NCBI GenBank assembly: GCA_039915645.1
Contig: JBDSMX010000106.1
Span: 2,973-66,972 of the forward strand
Source: Gemmatimonadales bacterium
GTDB lineage: Bacteria > Gemmatimonadota > Gemmatimonadetes > Gemmatimonadales > GWC2-71-9
DNA length: 64,000 nt
Reading direction: 5' to 3'
A program made the translations under genes and the position numbers. Below are positions 1 through 9,950 of the stretch, in pieces. The stretch's first letter is position 1. Each line of letters begins with the position of its first letter. The notes below the pieces were generated by a model. That model did not search any database. It worked only from the letters and a program-made list of their open reading frames with translations, and had not been told where the DNA came from.

Positions 1-1085
1 GAGAGCCCCAAAGCGGTGAGCCGTTTGCGAAGAATGCGGTCGGCCGCCTTCGCCTTGTCATATGCATCGGGCCACGAGTAGACCAGCGACCCGACGGCCT
101 TGTAGCCGTAGAAGTAGGCGACCGACACCTTCAGCATCGGCGTCCGAGGGCTGCCCGTGATCCCGGAAACCTTGACCCGGTCCTTGCCTGTCTTCTTCAG
201 CTGGATCGAGGTGAAATCGACAATGCCATCCGGCGTGATGTAATTGGTCGGGTCACCCATTTCGTAGACCAGCTGTTCGGAAACCGATGCGATGTTGACG
301 ACGCCGCCGGTCCCAGGATGCTTGGTCACGGTGAAGGTGCCATCAGGCTCTGCCTCGGCCAACGGGAAGCCGACATCTTCGAGCCGCTTCACCTTGCGCC
401 AGTCGCGGAGCAGGTTCCCGCCCGAACTCTGGGCGCCGCATTCGAGGATGTGCCCCGCGATCGTGCCGGCGGCGATGCGGTCCCAGTCATCGGGAGACCA
501 GCCGAACTCGTGGACCAGCGGTCCGAGAGTGAGGCCGGTGTCGGTCACGCGCCCGGTGATCACGATGTTGGCGCCGCGATCGAGTGCTTCAACGACCGGC
601 ATCATCCCCAGATAGGCATTCGCCGAACGGACCTGATCGCGCACATCACTGAGCGGCCGGCCGGTATCCATGTTGGCGAAGAGTTCTCCGTCGGCAGTCA
701 GCGCGTCGAGGCGATCGAGCAGATCGTCGCCCGTGACCAGCGCGATCCGGATCTTGTCTCCAACGCCGAGACGGTTGGCGGCGGCCCGTACCGCCTCGGC
801 GCAGCCTCGCGGATTGACGCCGCCGGCATTCGAGATCACCCGGATGCCGCGCGAGGCCACATCGGGGAGAATCCGCTCCATCTGCGTCACGAAGTCGCGT
901 GCGTATCCGGCGTTGGGATCGCGCGATCGCTGCTTTTGCAGGATCGACATGGTGACTTCGGCGAGGTAGTCGAGCACGAGGTAGTCGATCTCACCACCCT
1001 GCACCTGCCGGAGCGGGGCCTCGAGCCAGTCGCCCCAGAATCCTTGCCCTGCAGCGATCACCACGCGCTCTTTGCGCTTGCTCAT
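1..1085 (-). CDS. AtuA-like protein (DUF1446 family); start at 1085, 3' end runs off the window
   Basis: Hand translation of the minus strand from ATG 1085 stays open to nt 1 ([66 protein letters not shown]). It is absent from the ORF track because no stop lies in the window. ATGA overlap with the stop of the upstream S8 gene. Confidence 0.7.
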   Translation of the reverse strand, partial: MSKRKERVVIAAGQGFWGDWLEAPLRQVQGGEIDYLVLDYLAEVTMSILQKQRSRDPNAGYARDFVTQMERILPDVASRGIRVISNAGGVNPRGCAEAVRAAANRLGVGDKIRIALVTGDDLLDRLDALTADGELFANMDTGRPLSDVRDQVRSANAYLGMMPVVEALDRGANIVITGRVTDTGLTLGPLVHEFGWSPDDWDRIAAGTIAGHILECGAQSSGGNLLRDWRKVKRLEDVGFPLAEAEPDGTFTVTKHPGTGGVVNIASVSEQLVYEMGDPTNYITPDGIVDFTSIQLKKTGKDRVKVSGITGSPRTPMLKVSVAYFYGYKAVGSLVYSWPDAYDKAKAADRILRKRLTALGL

Positions 1086-3925
1086 TTCGGAATCCCTCCC
1101 TGCAATGCGATTTCGCGCGTCCAGATGGTGTCTTCGCCTTCCTGCGCGAGCACGAGAATGACCGGTGTGAACCCCGCCGGCAATTCGAGCGGCAGAGGGC
1201 CGGTGTGAAATCGTTGTTCCAGTGTCCTGCCTGGCGCGAGCGCCTGCGCGGCCCGCCCGCCGTCGTCGAGCCCGATGACCCGCTCGGCGTAGAAGCGGAC
1301 CTTCAGGTCGAGCTGCCAGGTCGTGGAATCCGTGACGGCAAATGCCGGCGCGAGCAGGAGTACGAGAGTATCGCCCGCCAGGCGAGCCGGAAGCTCCGGT
1401 GCCGCGCGGGCGAAGGCATAGTTGATCGGCGCCGATGCGATCTTGCGCCCGCTGCGGTCCTGAAAGGTGAACCCGAAATCGGTGAAACGGTCCCACTCCG
1501 CGCGCGGCATGCGGGCATCCACCTGGACCCGTGTCGCCCAGCTGGGCACTTTCACGGCAAGCCGAACAGGCGCAGCCGTTGTGCGACGCACCAGGATCGA
1601 TTGTTCCGCACCGACCAGACCGGCGCGCAACCGCAACGACACCGAGGAACCAATCAGGCTGCGTGCGGTTACGCGAAGTGAGTCGCCGGTGCGGGACGCC
1701 TCGAGTCGAGCCGGCGCACGGCGCACGGTCACGGTCGCAGCCGATGGCGCAAGCCTTCCCGAGGTAACCGCGACCTCGTAAAGCCCCGACTCGACGTCGC
1801 TGGCACTGAGGTCGAAAAGCGCGGCCCCATCGCCTGACCCCGCCGGGATTGCGGCACCATCACGAAACGGCATGCCGCCAGGTTCGTGCAGCGAGGCAGT
1901 GACCTGTGCATCGCCCTGCAAGGTTTCGACTTCGATCTGCATTCCACGACCGGTGTCGGCGGGAATCAGCACCCGGGCCACACCACCGGCCGCCACTCGA
2001 AGCGGCTGGGACACGACTCGGGCAATCGCTGGCAACGGCACCCGGACGACGACCGGCACCCGGGCGAGGATGCCATAGGAACTGTCGCGAATTCCGAGCT
2101 GCACTGCGGCGAACTGTACGCCCGGTTTGACGCTCGCGGCATCGACTCGTACGGTGAACTCGCCGCGACCATTCTGCAGTGCAAGCGTCGGCGGCACCTT
2201 GACCCACGGTTCCGTCGGTGTGAGTTGCAGCAACAGCGGCCCCGTCCCATCGCGCCGCTTCACAATGACGCGAGTCGACAACTCCCGGGCAGATGCCTCG
2301 GCACTTGTGGTGAGCCAGACGGCCCCGCGCGCTTGCAGTGCCCCAACCTCAATAGCGAGATCAGGAAGATCACGTGCCTGCGCCAACCACTCCCAGGCGC
2401 GAGTGAGGTCCGGCGTTCCGGCCCCTGCGTCCGACACCGTCGCCGCCGGTGGCAATGTGGAAGCGTTGCGCAGCGCCTGCGCGATCATCGTCGCATCGAT
2501 TGGCCGTCGCGCTGCGGGCAAGGAGGAGAGGAGTCGCGCGGCGAGGCCCGATGCGTACGGCGTCGCCATGCTGGTCCCGCTTTCCTGTTCGCCGCCGATG
2601 GCGAAATTGGGCACTGTTGAATACGCGATTCCGGGCACCACCAAGTCCGGGGCAGCCAACTCGCCGCCTCGACTCGAGAAGTCCGCGACTGGATCACTGC
2701 CGCTTTCCCGCGGCTCGAATCCTTCGAAGTTGCCCGGGTCCGTTGCGCCGATCGAGAGCACCCTGAACGCGCTGCCGGGAAAACCGACCGTGCTCAGTCC
2801 CGGACCATCATTGCCAGCGGCAACCAGCATCACGACATCCCGGTTCGCTGCCAGGATCGAATCAAAGCGGGCATCGATCGCGGCCCGGCCTTCGACTTCA
2901 TTGCCGACGCCAAACGAAAGATTGACCACCAACGGAAGGCGCCGCTCCCGCGCGAACGCGATGGCATAGCGTAGCGCCCGGAGCATCGACCCCGACACCG
3001 TCACCGCGCCTTGCGCATCGTTCGCGATCTTGAGGCCGAGGAGTCGCGCACCGGGCGCGACACCGTCGAATCCCTTGACGTCGTAGAGATCGTGTCCAGC
3101 CGCGATGCCCGACACGTGGCTACCGTGGCTGCTGGTATCGAAGAAGAGATCGAGCCCGGGCACTCCGGCGGAGTCGCTGAGGTTGACTGCGATCGACACG
3201 GGAGCGGGAAGATTGGTCGAGGTCCATCCGAATGCTTCGCGTGCGACGGCGTAGTCGCGGACGGGACGGTCGTTCGCGAATGAACCATCGCCATTGGCAT
3301 CGGCGAAAACGATCCACCCGGAACCGCCGTGGACCACGACAAGCGGCAGCGAATCGCCGACCGTGCCGTTGCCGTTGATGTCGGCTGCGGGGGCCTCACC
3401 AAGACGAAGCTCGTCGAGCGTGCCGCCCCAGATCGCCGCCCCGTCGGCCATCGCCGCGACGCGTCCAGCCCCAAGCATCGCGTGGCCGTTGACGATCAGC
3501 GTGTCGCCCCTGCGCACGACCGGCTGCAGAGCAATACGGCCCTCGCCGGAGAAGTCGCGCAGGTCGAGAATCTTGGATTGGCCATTGGTGGTGAGCTGCA
3601 GGCCAGGAATCGACGGATCGATGCCGCTATCGAGAATGGCGATCAGAACGCCGCGCCCGTCGAATTCCGGGTGAGCCTGGGCAAAACGGGGAATGCCGCT
3701 GGCCTTGAGCGGCATCATCCCGATTGATGCGGCCATTTCTGGTGCCGTGCTTCGTTGCGGTCGCGCCACCGGAGCCACGGTCGCCGCGGGTCCACTCGGC
3801 GGCGCGGGCGGTAGCGCCGGGGAGGGCGCGGACTGGGGCAGTTGCGGCAGTGGCGCCACCGCCGTGCGCGCCGCCGGTGAGCAGGCCACGACCATCAGAA
3901 CCAGACTGCTCCAGCGACGCTTCAT
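1082..3925 (-). CDS. Subtilisin-family (S8) serine peptidase, probable lipoprotein, with a roughly 170-aa insert between catalytic Asp and His (tripeptidyl-peptidase-II-like layout)
   Basis: 947-aa ORF. Catalytic motifs are ILDSGID (Asp), [13 protein letters not shown] (His) and [12 protein letters not shown] (Ser). The N-terminus [15 protein letters not shown] looks like a signal peptide plus lipobox. Confidence 0.85.
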   Translation of the reverse strand: MKRRWSSLVLMVVACSPAARTAVAPLPQLPQSAPSPALPPAPPSGPAATVAPVARPQRSTAPEMAASIGMMPLKASGIPRFAQAHPEFDGRGVLIAILDSGIDPSIPGLQLTTNGQSKILDLRDFSGEGRIALQPVVRRGDTLIVNGHAMLGAGRVAAMADGAAIWGGTLDELRLGEAPAADINGNGTVGDSLPLVVVHGGSGWIVFADANGDGSFANDRPVRDYAVAREAFGWTSTNLPAPVSIAVNLSDSAGVPGLDLFFDTSSHGSHVSGIAAGHDLYDVKGFDGVAPGARLLGLKIANDAQGAVTVSGSMLRALRYAIAFARERRLPLVVNLSFGVGNEVEGRAAIDARFDSILAANRDVVMLVAAGNDGPGLSTVGFPGSAFRVLSIGATDPGNFEGFEPRESGSDPVADFSSRGGELAAPDLVVPGIAYSTVPNFAIGGEQESGTSMATPYASGLAARLLSSLPAARRPIDATMIAQALRNASTLPPAATVSDAGAGTPDLTRAWEWLAQARDLPDLAIEVGALQARGAVWLTTSAEASARELSTRVIVKRRDGTGPLLLQLTPTEPWVKVPPTLALQNGRGEFTVRVDAASVKPGVQFAAVQLGIRDSSYGILARVPVVVRVPLPAIARVVSQPLRVAAGGVARVLIPADTGRGMQIEVETLQGDAQVTASLHEPGGMPFRDGAAIPAGSGDGAALFDLSASDVESGLYEVAVTSGRLAPSAATVTVRRAPARLEASRTGDSLRVTARSLIGSSVSLRLRAGLVGAEQSILVRRTTAAPVRLAVKVPSWATRVQVDARMPRAEWDRFTDFGFTFQDRSGRKIASAPINYAFARAAPELPARLAGDTLVLLLAPAFAVTDSTTWQLDLKVRFYAERVIGLDDGGRAAQALAPGRTLEQRFHTGPLPLELPAGFTPVILVLAQEGEDTIWTREIALQGGIPK

Positions 3926-3927
3926 GT

Positions 3928-5565
3928 TCAGCCGCGCAGCCCGTCGAGAACGAAGGGCCCGAGGTGGGGTCCGGCATTGTGTGACGTCACTCGCAGCAGG
4001 AACGCCAGCATATCACGGGTTTCCTCCGGCGTGATGATGGCATCCACGAAGCCCCTCGCCGCAGCATAGCGCGCATCGAGCTGCGCCTCGTAGTCGCCGC
4101 GCATCGCATCGACCGAGGTCTGGGTTCCGGCATCGAGTGGTTGCTTGGCCTGTTGCGCCTTCTGGATCGTCGGACCGTGCACCGCCATCACGGCGGCCTC
4201 GCCTTCCATCACCGCCATCCGCCCGGTGGGCCAGGAGACGATGAAGTCGGGATCGAATCCCTGGCCCGCCATGGCGTAGTAGCCTGCGCCGGAGGCGTGG
4301 TTCACCGTCAGCACCAGCTTCGGTACCACGGTGGTTGCCATCGCCTCCACAAAGTGGGCGCCGGCGCGAATGATTCCTTCCTGTTCTGCCTCGGGCCCGA
4401 CCATGAAACCGCTGACGTCCTGCACGAAAAGAATCGGCATCCGTTCGCGGTTGGCGGTCTCGATGAAATAGGCGACCTTCTCGGCGCTCTCGGTGTAGAC
4501 GATGCCACCAAATCGCGGCCTTTCGCCTTCCCTGCCCTTGATGATGCCTCGCTGGTTCGCGATCACGGCAACGGGATGCCCCTCGATCCGGGCATGGCCG
4601 CAGAGCATTTCACGAGCGACATCGGGCTGGAACTCATCGAGCTTGCCGTCATCGAGGACCGCATCGAGGACGTGGCGCATGTCGTAGGAGAGCCGGTGAT
4701 CATGTGGCAGCACGTCGTACAGCGTCGTCGCGGCGGTCTTCGCTGCTCGTGCCGGTGTCACGGCGTGCTGCAGCCCGGGAGTGACGGGTAGCCGACTGAC
4801 ATACTCACGGATCTGCGCCACGCAGTCGACATCGGTCTTGGCCCGATAGTGCGCCACGTTGCTCACCTGCGTGTGCATCTTCGCGCCGCCGAGCGATTCG
4901 GAGTCCACCGTCTGGCCGGTGGCGCCCTTCACGAGGTTCGGCCCGCCCAGTCCCATGAATGAGGTGCCTTCGACCATGAAGATCACATCGGAGAGCGCCG
5001 GCAGATAGGCGCCACCGGCGATGCAGCTGCCCATCACAGCGCTGATCTGCGGCACGTGGAGGTAGCGACGCATCAGCGAGTTGTAATAGAAGATGCGTGC
5101 CGCGCCATACTGCCCCGGAAAAACACCACCCTGATACGGGAGATTGACGCCAGCAGAATCGACGAGGTAGATGATCGGGATCCGCTGGCGCATGGCGACT
5201 TCCTGCGCGCGCAGGATCTTGGTAATCGTTTCCGGCCACCACGAGCCGGCCTTCACCGTGGCATCGTTGGCGACGACGACGACGTCGCGGCCGGCGACGA
5301 CACCCACGCCAGTGATCACACCGGCCGCAGGCGCCTCACCATCGTAGCGATCGTAGGCGATGAGTAGGCCGAGTTCGCACCAGGCTGCGCCCGGATCGAG
5401 CAGCGCAGTGACCCGTTCACGAGGAGAGAGTTGCCCTTTGGCGTGCATCTTCTCGACACGCTTGGGCCCGCCGCCCTCACGCAACCGGGCGGCGAGGGCG
5501 AGGTACTCATCAGTCAGCGCGCGCAGTCGGGTGACGCGCGGTGCGTCAGTCTTCGGTTTCGTCAT
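3928..5565 (-). CDS. Acyl-CoA carboxylase carboxyltransferase (beta) subunit, methylcrotonyl-/geranyl-CoA carboxylase beta-like
   Basis: 545-aa ORF resembling the carboxyltransferase family along its length (VVANDATVKAGSWWP, IYLVDSAGVNLP, AVMGSCIAGGAYLPA, two crotonase-like halves). No biotin-carrier or alpha subunit is present in the window. Confidence 0.8.
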   Translation of the reverse strand: MTKPKTDAPRVTRLRALTDEYLALAARLREGGGPKRVEKMHAKGQLSPRERVTALLDPGAAWCELGLLIAYDRYDGEAPAAGVITGVGVVAGRDVVVVANDATVKAGSWWPETITKILRAQEVAMRQRIPIIYLVDSAGVNLPYQGGVFPGQYGAARIFYYNSLMRRYLHVPQISAVMGSCIAGGAYLPALSDVIFMVEGTSFMGLGGPNLVKGATGQTVDSESLGGAKMHTQVSNVAHYRAKTDVDCVAQIREYVSRLPVTPGLQHAVTPARAAKTAATTLYDVLPHDHRLSYDMRHVLDAVLDDGKLDEFQPDVAREMLCGHARIEGHPVAVIANQRGIIKGREGERPRFGGIVYTESAEKVAYFIETANRERMPILFVQDVSGFMVGPEAEQEGIIRAGAHFVEAMATTVVPKLVLTVNHASGAGYYAMAGQGFDPDFIVSWPTGRMAVMEGEAAVMAVHGPTIQKAQQAKQPLDAGTQTSVDAMRGDYEAQLDARYAAARGFVDAIITPEETRDMLAFLLRVTSHNAGPHLGPFVLDGLRG

Positions 5566-5572
5566 CGGCAGT

Positions 5573-6007
5573 TCAGGGGCGGACGTTGATGCGCGCCCAC
5601 TCCTGGATGTAGGTCACCAGATCGCCAGTGGGCGTTCCAGGACCGAAGAGGCGCCCGATCCCCTGCGAATGCAGGGCATCCATGTCTTCCTGCGGGATGA
5701 TGCCGCCACCAGTCACCAGCACATCCGGTCGGCCCATCTCTTCGAGCAGCTTCCGGACCCGCGGGAAGAGCGTCATGTGCGCCCCCGACAGGATCGACAG
5801 ACCCACCACGTCAGCATCTTCCTGCACCGCGGCGGTCGCGATCATCTCCGGCGTCTGGTGCAGGCCGGTATAGATCACTTCCATCCCCGCATCACGGAGC
5901 GCTGCCGCGACGACCTTGGCTCCGCGGTCGTGACCGTCGAGTCCTGGCTTGGCCACGAGCACGCGGATGGGGCGAGTGAGCGGTGGGGCATCGGCAACTG
6001 CCATCAT
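5573..6007 (-). CDS. B12-binding small subunit of a split acyl-CoA mutase
   Basis: Start re-assigned to the ATGATG at 6007, 10 nt after the stop of the upstream gene; the tracked ORF start at 6124 would overlap that gene. DxHxxG cobalamin motif ([12 protein letters not shown]) and SILSGAH; 144 aa. Confidence 0.85.
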   Translation of the reverse strand: MMAVADAPPLTRPIRVLVAKPGLDGHDRGAKVVAAALRDAGMEVIYTGLHQTPEMIATAAVQEDADVVGLSILSGAHMTLFPRVRKLLEEMGRPDVLVTGGGIIPQEDMDALHSQGIGRLFGPGTPTGDLVTYIQEWARINVRP

Positions 6008-6017
6008 GAATGCGACC

Positions 6018-7175
6018 TCACTTGAAGCGAAGCAGGCCCGCGAGGCCGTCGACGGCCTCGGCAGCCTGCGTGTCGTAGAGCACGTCGAGGGCGACCCGCT
6101 GACGCAGCGCTTCCTCGATGGCATCGTCGATCACATCGACCGAAGGAACCACCTCGCCGTCGTCACGCAGATCGCGCGCGAGGGTGGAGAGCCGGCCCGT
6201 GGCCATCGAGCGAAAGCCGCTGACCGTGGCATCGCCACGCACTAGCAGCAGCCTGACCTGACCCTGCGAGAGCGCCTTGAGGGTCTCCCGGACGCCGTTG
6301 ACCGCCCAGCCGGTGCCGAGTCCTTCGGCGAGCTCCTCCACGTGACGCGTCTCCGAAATCCCGGCGTGGTGTTGCCGGACGTCCATAGTCAGATGATGCA
6401 CCGCATCCGGGGTCGCATCCTTGGGCGAGAGCCGAGCGAGTCCGATGAGTCTGTCGGCGACATAGTTGTGGAGATAGGGCTCCAGCGCACTGGCATCGTT
6501 TCCTGCACCGGCGATCACGACCTGATGGCCCGGCGAGGCGCGATCGAGTTCGAAGAGTGCCCGTGCCACCGACTCGAGATGCTGCTTCTTCTCGTTCTGG
6601 ATCCGGTTGTGGAAGGCGTGCTCGCCCGTCGCGTTACCGCGCGCGCCGACGGAGTGGAACCGACCACCGCGGGTCACCTCGGTGGTGACCTTGCGCACGA
6701 CTTTGGCCGCGTACGCCGTGACTTCCCAGATCAGGGCAGTCGCCCGATCCAGTGTCACGGTGAAGAGCCGACCGAACTCCTCCTCGCTCGAGGCGAGTTC
6801 GCGCACGAACGGCGTCCGATCCACGGCCAGGCGCGAGCGATGCACACGCGGCAAGGGGCGCACTTCGAAAAGCTTCGCTCCCGACGAGAGAAAGATCGCC
6901 ACGCCCTGCGTCTCGGGCAGCCGGTCGACATCCGACAGATACTCGAGCATCAATGCGAGGTCGCTCTTGATTGCTTCCTGCTGCGGCTTGGACCATCCCA
7001 TCGAGGGCAGCGCGTATTCCAGTTCCTTGATCCGGTTTTTGACCTTGACGAGGTATTTGCGACGCGCGCGATCACGCGGCTCGATCTTGAGGTAGCAGGT
7101 GATGACCGGGTGATTGCCGGGCTTCATCCGCAGCAGGTCTTTTCCGGGGGCGCGCTCTCGAGTGGTGGTGGCCAT
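6018..7175 (-). CDS. eRF1/Pelota-like protein (bacterial aeRF1-superfamily, Vms1/baeRF-type), function unknown
   Basis: 385 aa from ATG 7175, with a GAGGA Shine-Dalgarno in the 17-nt gap after the mutase large-subunit stop. Features: N-terminal [13 protein letters not shown], central [26 protein letters not shown] loop without GGQ, C-terminal [14 protein letters not shown] and [11 protein letters not shown] resembling eRF1/Pelota domain 3. Assigned from remembered family patterns, not from a search. Confidence 0.6.
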   Translation of the reverse strand: MATTTRERAPGKDLLRMKPGNHPVITCYLKIEPRDRARRKYLVKVKNRIKELEYALPSMGWSKPQQEAIKSDLALMLEYLSDVDRLPETQGVAIFLSSGAKLFEVRPLPRVHRSRLAVDRTPFVRELASSEEEFGRLFTVTLDRATALIWEVTAYAAKVVRKVTTEVTRGGRFHSVGARGNATGEHAFHNRIQNEKKQHLESVARALFELDRASPGHQVVIAGAGNDASALEPYLHNYVADRLIGLARLSPKDATPDAVHHLTMDVRQHHAGISETRHVEELAEGLGTGWAVNGVRETLKALSQGQVRLLLVRGDATVSGFRSMATGRLSTLARDLRDDGEVVPSVDVIDDAIEEALRQRVALDVLYDTQAAEAVDGLAGLLRFK

Positions 7176-7192
7176 GATAAATCCTCGCTCTG

Positions 7193-8887
7193 CTAGAAGA
7201 ACACGGGCTCGCGGTAGGCGCCCCAGACTTCCTGGAGCACGTGCCGGATCTCGTAGAGGGTACAGTAGGCACGGGCACAATCGAGCATGGCTGGAATGAT
7301 GTTGACGTCGGCCCGCGCGGCAGCCTCCAGCGCGGAGAGACGGGTTGCGACAAGCGCGCTATCGCGAGTCGCGCGCATCCGGGCCATCCGGGCGCGCTGG
7401 GACACTTCTGCCTCGGCGTCGATCTTGAGAATCTCGATCGGTGCCTCGGTCTCTTCGACAAACGCATTGAGTCCGACGACCGTCTTCTGCCCGGTCTCGA
7501 CCTCGCGCTGGAACCGGGATGCCGATTGCGCGATCTCCCGCTGGAACCAGCCCGACTCGATTGCCGGCACGACGCCGCCGAGGGTCTCGACGTGCGCGAA
7601 GATCGCCTCGGCCTCGGCCTCTAGGCGGTCCGTCAGCGCTTCCACCAGATACGAGCCGCCCAGCGGGTCGGACGAATTCGGCACGCCGGTTTCGTAGGCG
7701 AGAATCTGCTGGGTGCGCAACGCAACGCGCACGGCGGTTTCGGTGGGCAGCGCCAGGGTTTCGTCAAGCGCGTTGGTGTGGAGCGATTGCGTGCCACCAA
7801 GCACCGCCGCCATGGCTTGGTAGGCGACGCGCGCCACGTTGTTCAATGGCTGCTGTGCCGTCAGCGAGACACCTGCGGTCTGGCAGTGGAACCGCATCTT
7901 GAGCGACCGTTCGTCTTGCGCACCGTACCGCTCTTTGAGGTGGCGGGCCCAGATGCGACGTGCGGCGCGCATCTTGGCGATTTCCTCGAAGAAGTCGTTG
8001 TGCACGTCCCAGAAGAAGGAGAGCCGGGGCGCGAACTGATCGACATCGAGACCTCGAGCCATCCCGTGCTCGACGTAGGTGAAGCCGTTGGCGAGCGTGA
8101 AGGCCAGTTCCTGCGCCGCGGTCGACCCGGCCTCGCGAATGTGGTATCCGGAAATCGAGATCGAATTCCACTTCGGCGTGTGGCTGCTGGTCCACTCGAA
8201 CAGATCGACGATGATCTTGAGCGACGGTTCCACCGGGTAGATCCAGGCGTGCTGGGCGACGAACTCCTTGAGGATGTCGTTCTGGATGGTTCCCTGCAGC
8301 TTCGCGATGGGGACACCCTGTCGCTCGGCGGCGGCGACGAAGAAACAGAAGAGAATCGCTGCCGGCCCGTTGATGGTCATCGAGACCGAGACCTGATCGA
8401 GCGGAATTCCCTCGAACAGCGTTTCCATGTCGTCGAGCGAGGAGATCGCCACACCGCACTTGCCGACTTCTCCCTCCGACCGCGGATGATCGGAGTCGTA
8501 GCCCATCAGCGTCGGAAAATCGAATGCAACCGAGAGTCCGGTCTGCCCGCGCTCGAGCAGGAACTTGTAGCGCTGGTTGGTATCCTCGGCGGTGCCGAAG
8601 CCAGCAAACTGTCGCATGGTCCAGAGGCGCCCGCGATACATCGTGGGGTGGATGCCACGCGTGTACGGGTAGTCACCAGGAAGCGGAGAAGCGGCGCTGA
8701 CATCGAGGGGAGTGTAGACCGGCTCGATCGGAAGGCCGGAGATAGTCGTGAAATCGCTATCGGAGCGGACCGGCAATTTCGCCGTCGCGGCCTTCCATGC
8801 CGCGATCTCGGCTCGGAGTCGTACCAGTTCGTCTTCCTGCAAGGCGAGGCGATCGAGCAATGAATCGTGGGATGCCAGACCGGTCAT
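7193..8887 (-). CDS. Acyl-CoA mutase large (catalytic) subunit, methylmalonyl-/isobutyryl-CoA mutase family
   Basis: 564-aa ORF with [45 protein letters not shown] and [12 protein letters not shown]. It has no fused B12 domain, so the mutase is split. Substrate is not assigned (see findings). Confidence 0.85.
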   Translation of the reverse strand: MTGLASHDSLLDRLALQEDELVRLRAEIAAWKAATAKLPVRSDSDFTTISGLPIEPVYTPLDVSAASPLPGDYPYTRGIHPTMYRGRLWTMRQFAGFGTAEDTNQRYKFLLERGQTGLSVAFDFPTLMGYDSDHPRSEGEVGKCGVAISSLDDMETLFEGIPLDQVSVSMTINGPAAILFCFFVAAAERQGVPIAKLQGTIQNDILKEFVAQHAWIYPVEPSLKIIVDLFEWTSSHTPKWNSISISGYHIREAGSTAAQELAFTLANGFTYVEHGMARGLDVDQFAPRLSFFWDVHNDFFEEIAKMRAARRIWARHLKERYGAQDERSLKMRFHCQTAGVSLTAQQPLNNVARVAYQAMAAVLGGTQSLHTNALDETLALPTETAVRVALRTQQILAYETGVPNSSDPLGGSYLVEALTDRLEAEAEAIFAHVETLGGVVPAIESGWFQREIAQSASRFQREVETGQKTVVGLNAFVEETEAPIEILKIDAEAEVSQRARMARMRATRDSALVATRLSALEAAARADVNIIPAMLDCARAYCTLYEIRHVLQEVWGAYREPVFF

Positions 8888-9924
8888 ACCCGGGCTCCTT
8901 CCTTCAGCGTGGCGACGATCTCGGCTGCCAGTTCATACGGGCTCAGCTGGCCCGCGGTGACATCGTCGAGGCGCGCCGCAATGGTGTCCTCGGCGTGGGA
9001 TTCCTGCCAGACCCAGCGTCGGGTCGCACGGTCGACGACTTCGCGGGTCCGTTCGGCGAGTCGTTCGCGGCGCCGCTGTTCGAGCGCACCGCTGCTCTCC
9101 ATCCAGTCCCAGTGCCTGTCGAGGGCGGCGATCAATTCCTCCACCCCCTCACCTTTCGCCGCGACTCCCAGCAGCACGGGCGCTCGCCAACCGTCATCGG
9201 AGGGATGCCCATCCACTGGCGCGGCCGCGGCCTTGCTCTTCAGCGCGCCGTGGTGCGCCGGCATGTTCCGGAGCGCCTTCCCCATCCGCAGGTCGAGCGC
9301 CAACTCCACTTCGCGACGAACCTTGTCGGCGCCGGGTCGATCGGCCTTGTTCACGAGGAAGCAGTCGGCGATTTCCATCACACCGGATTTCAGAGCCTGG
9401 ATCCCGTCACCCGACTCCGGCACCAGGACCAGAATGGTGCTGTCCGCCATTCGGGCGACGTCCAGCTCCGATTGCCCGACACCGACGGTCTCCACGAGGA
9501 TACGATCAAATCCGGCCGCGTCGAGGAGATCGCACACCTCACGAGTCGCAGTCGCGAGCCCTCCAAGCGAGCCGCGGGTCGCCATCGAGCGGATGTAGAC
9601 CCCGGGATCGAGGGCGATCTGCTCCATGCGGATGCGGTCACCAAGCAGCGCGCCGCCCGAGAATGGCGAGGTTGGATCGACCGCCACGACGGCCACGCGC
9701 AGCCCGGCGGTCCGGTAGGCGGAGACAAGCCGCTCGGTCAGGGTCGACTTCCCGGCGCCGGGAGGGCCAGTGATGCCAATTCGGCGAGCACGCCCGAGGC
9801 GGGGATGGATTGCTGCCAGAAGTTCTTCGAAGCCGCTGCGGCCGTTTTCCACTACCGAGACCGCGCGGGCCAGTGCCGCGACTTTTCCAGCCAGCAATTG
9901 GGTCAACAACAGGTCATCCGCCAT
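8884..9924 (-). CDS. meaB: MeaB/ArgK-type G-protein chaperone for B12 mutases
   Basis: Start re-assigned to ATG 9924 ([11 protein letters not shown]..), just after the mgtE stop at 9951. P-loop [23 protein letters not shown] and NKAD. ATGA overlap with the mutase start. Confidence 0.85.
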   Translation of the reverse strand: MADDLLLTQLLAGKVAALARAVSVVENGRSGFEELLAAIHPRLGRARRIGITGPPGAGKSTLTERLVSAYRTAGLRVAVVAVDPTSPFSGGALLGDRIRMEQIALDPGVYIRSMATRGSLGGLATATREVCDLLDAAGFDRILVETVGVGQSELDVARMADSTILVLVPESGDGIQALKSGVMEIADCFLVNKADRPGADKVRREVELALDLRMGKALRNMPAHHGALKSKAAAAPVDGHPSDDGWRAPVLLGVAAKGEGVEELIAALDRHWDWMESSGALEQRRRERLAERTREVVDRATRRWVWQESHAEDTIAARLDDVTAGQLSPYELAAEIVATLKEGARV

Positions 9925-9950
9925 GCTGGAAATTACCACTATTACAGGAC

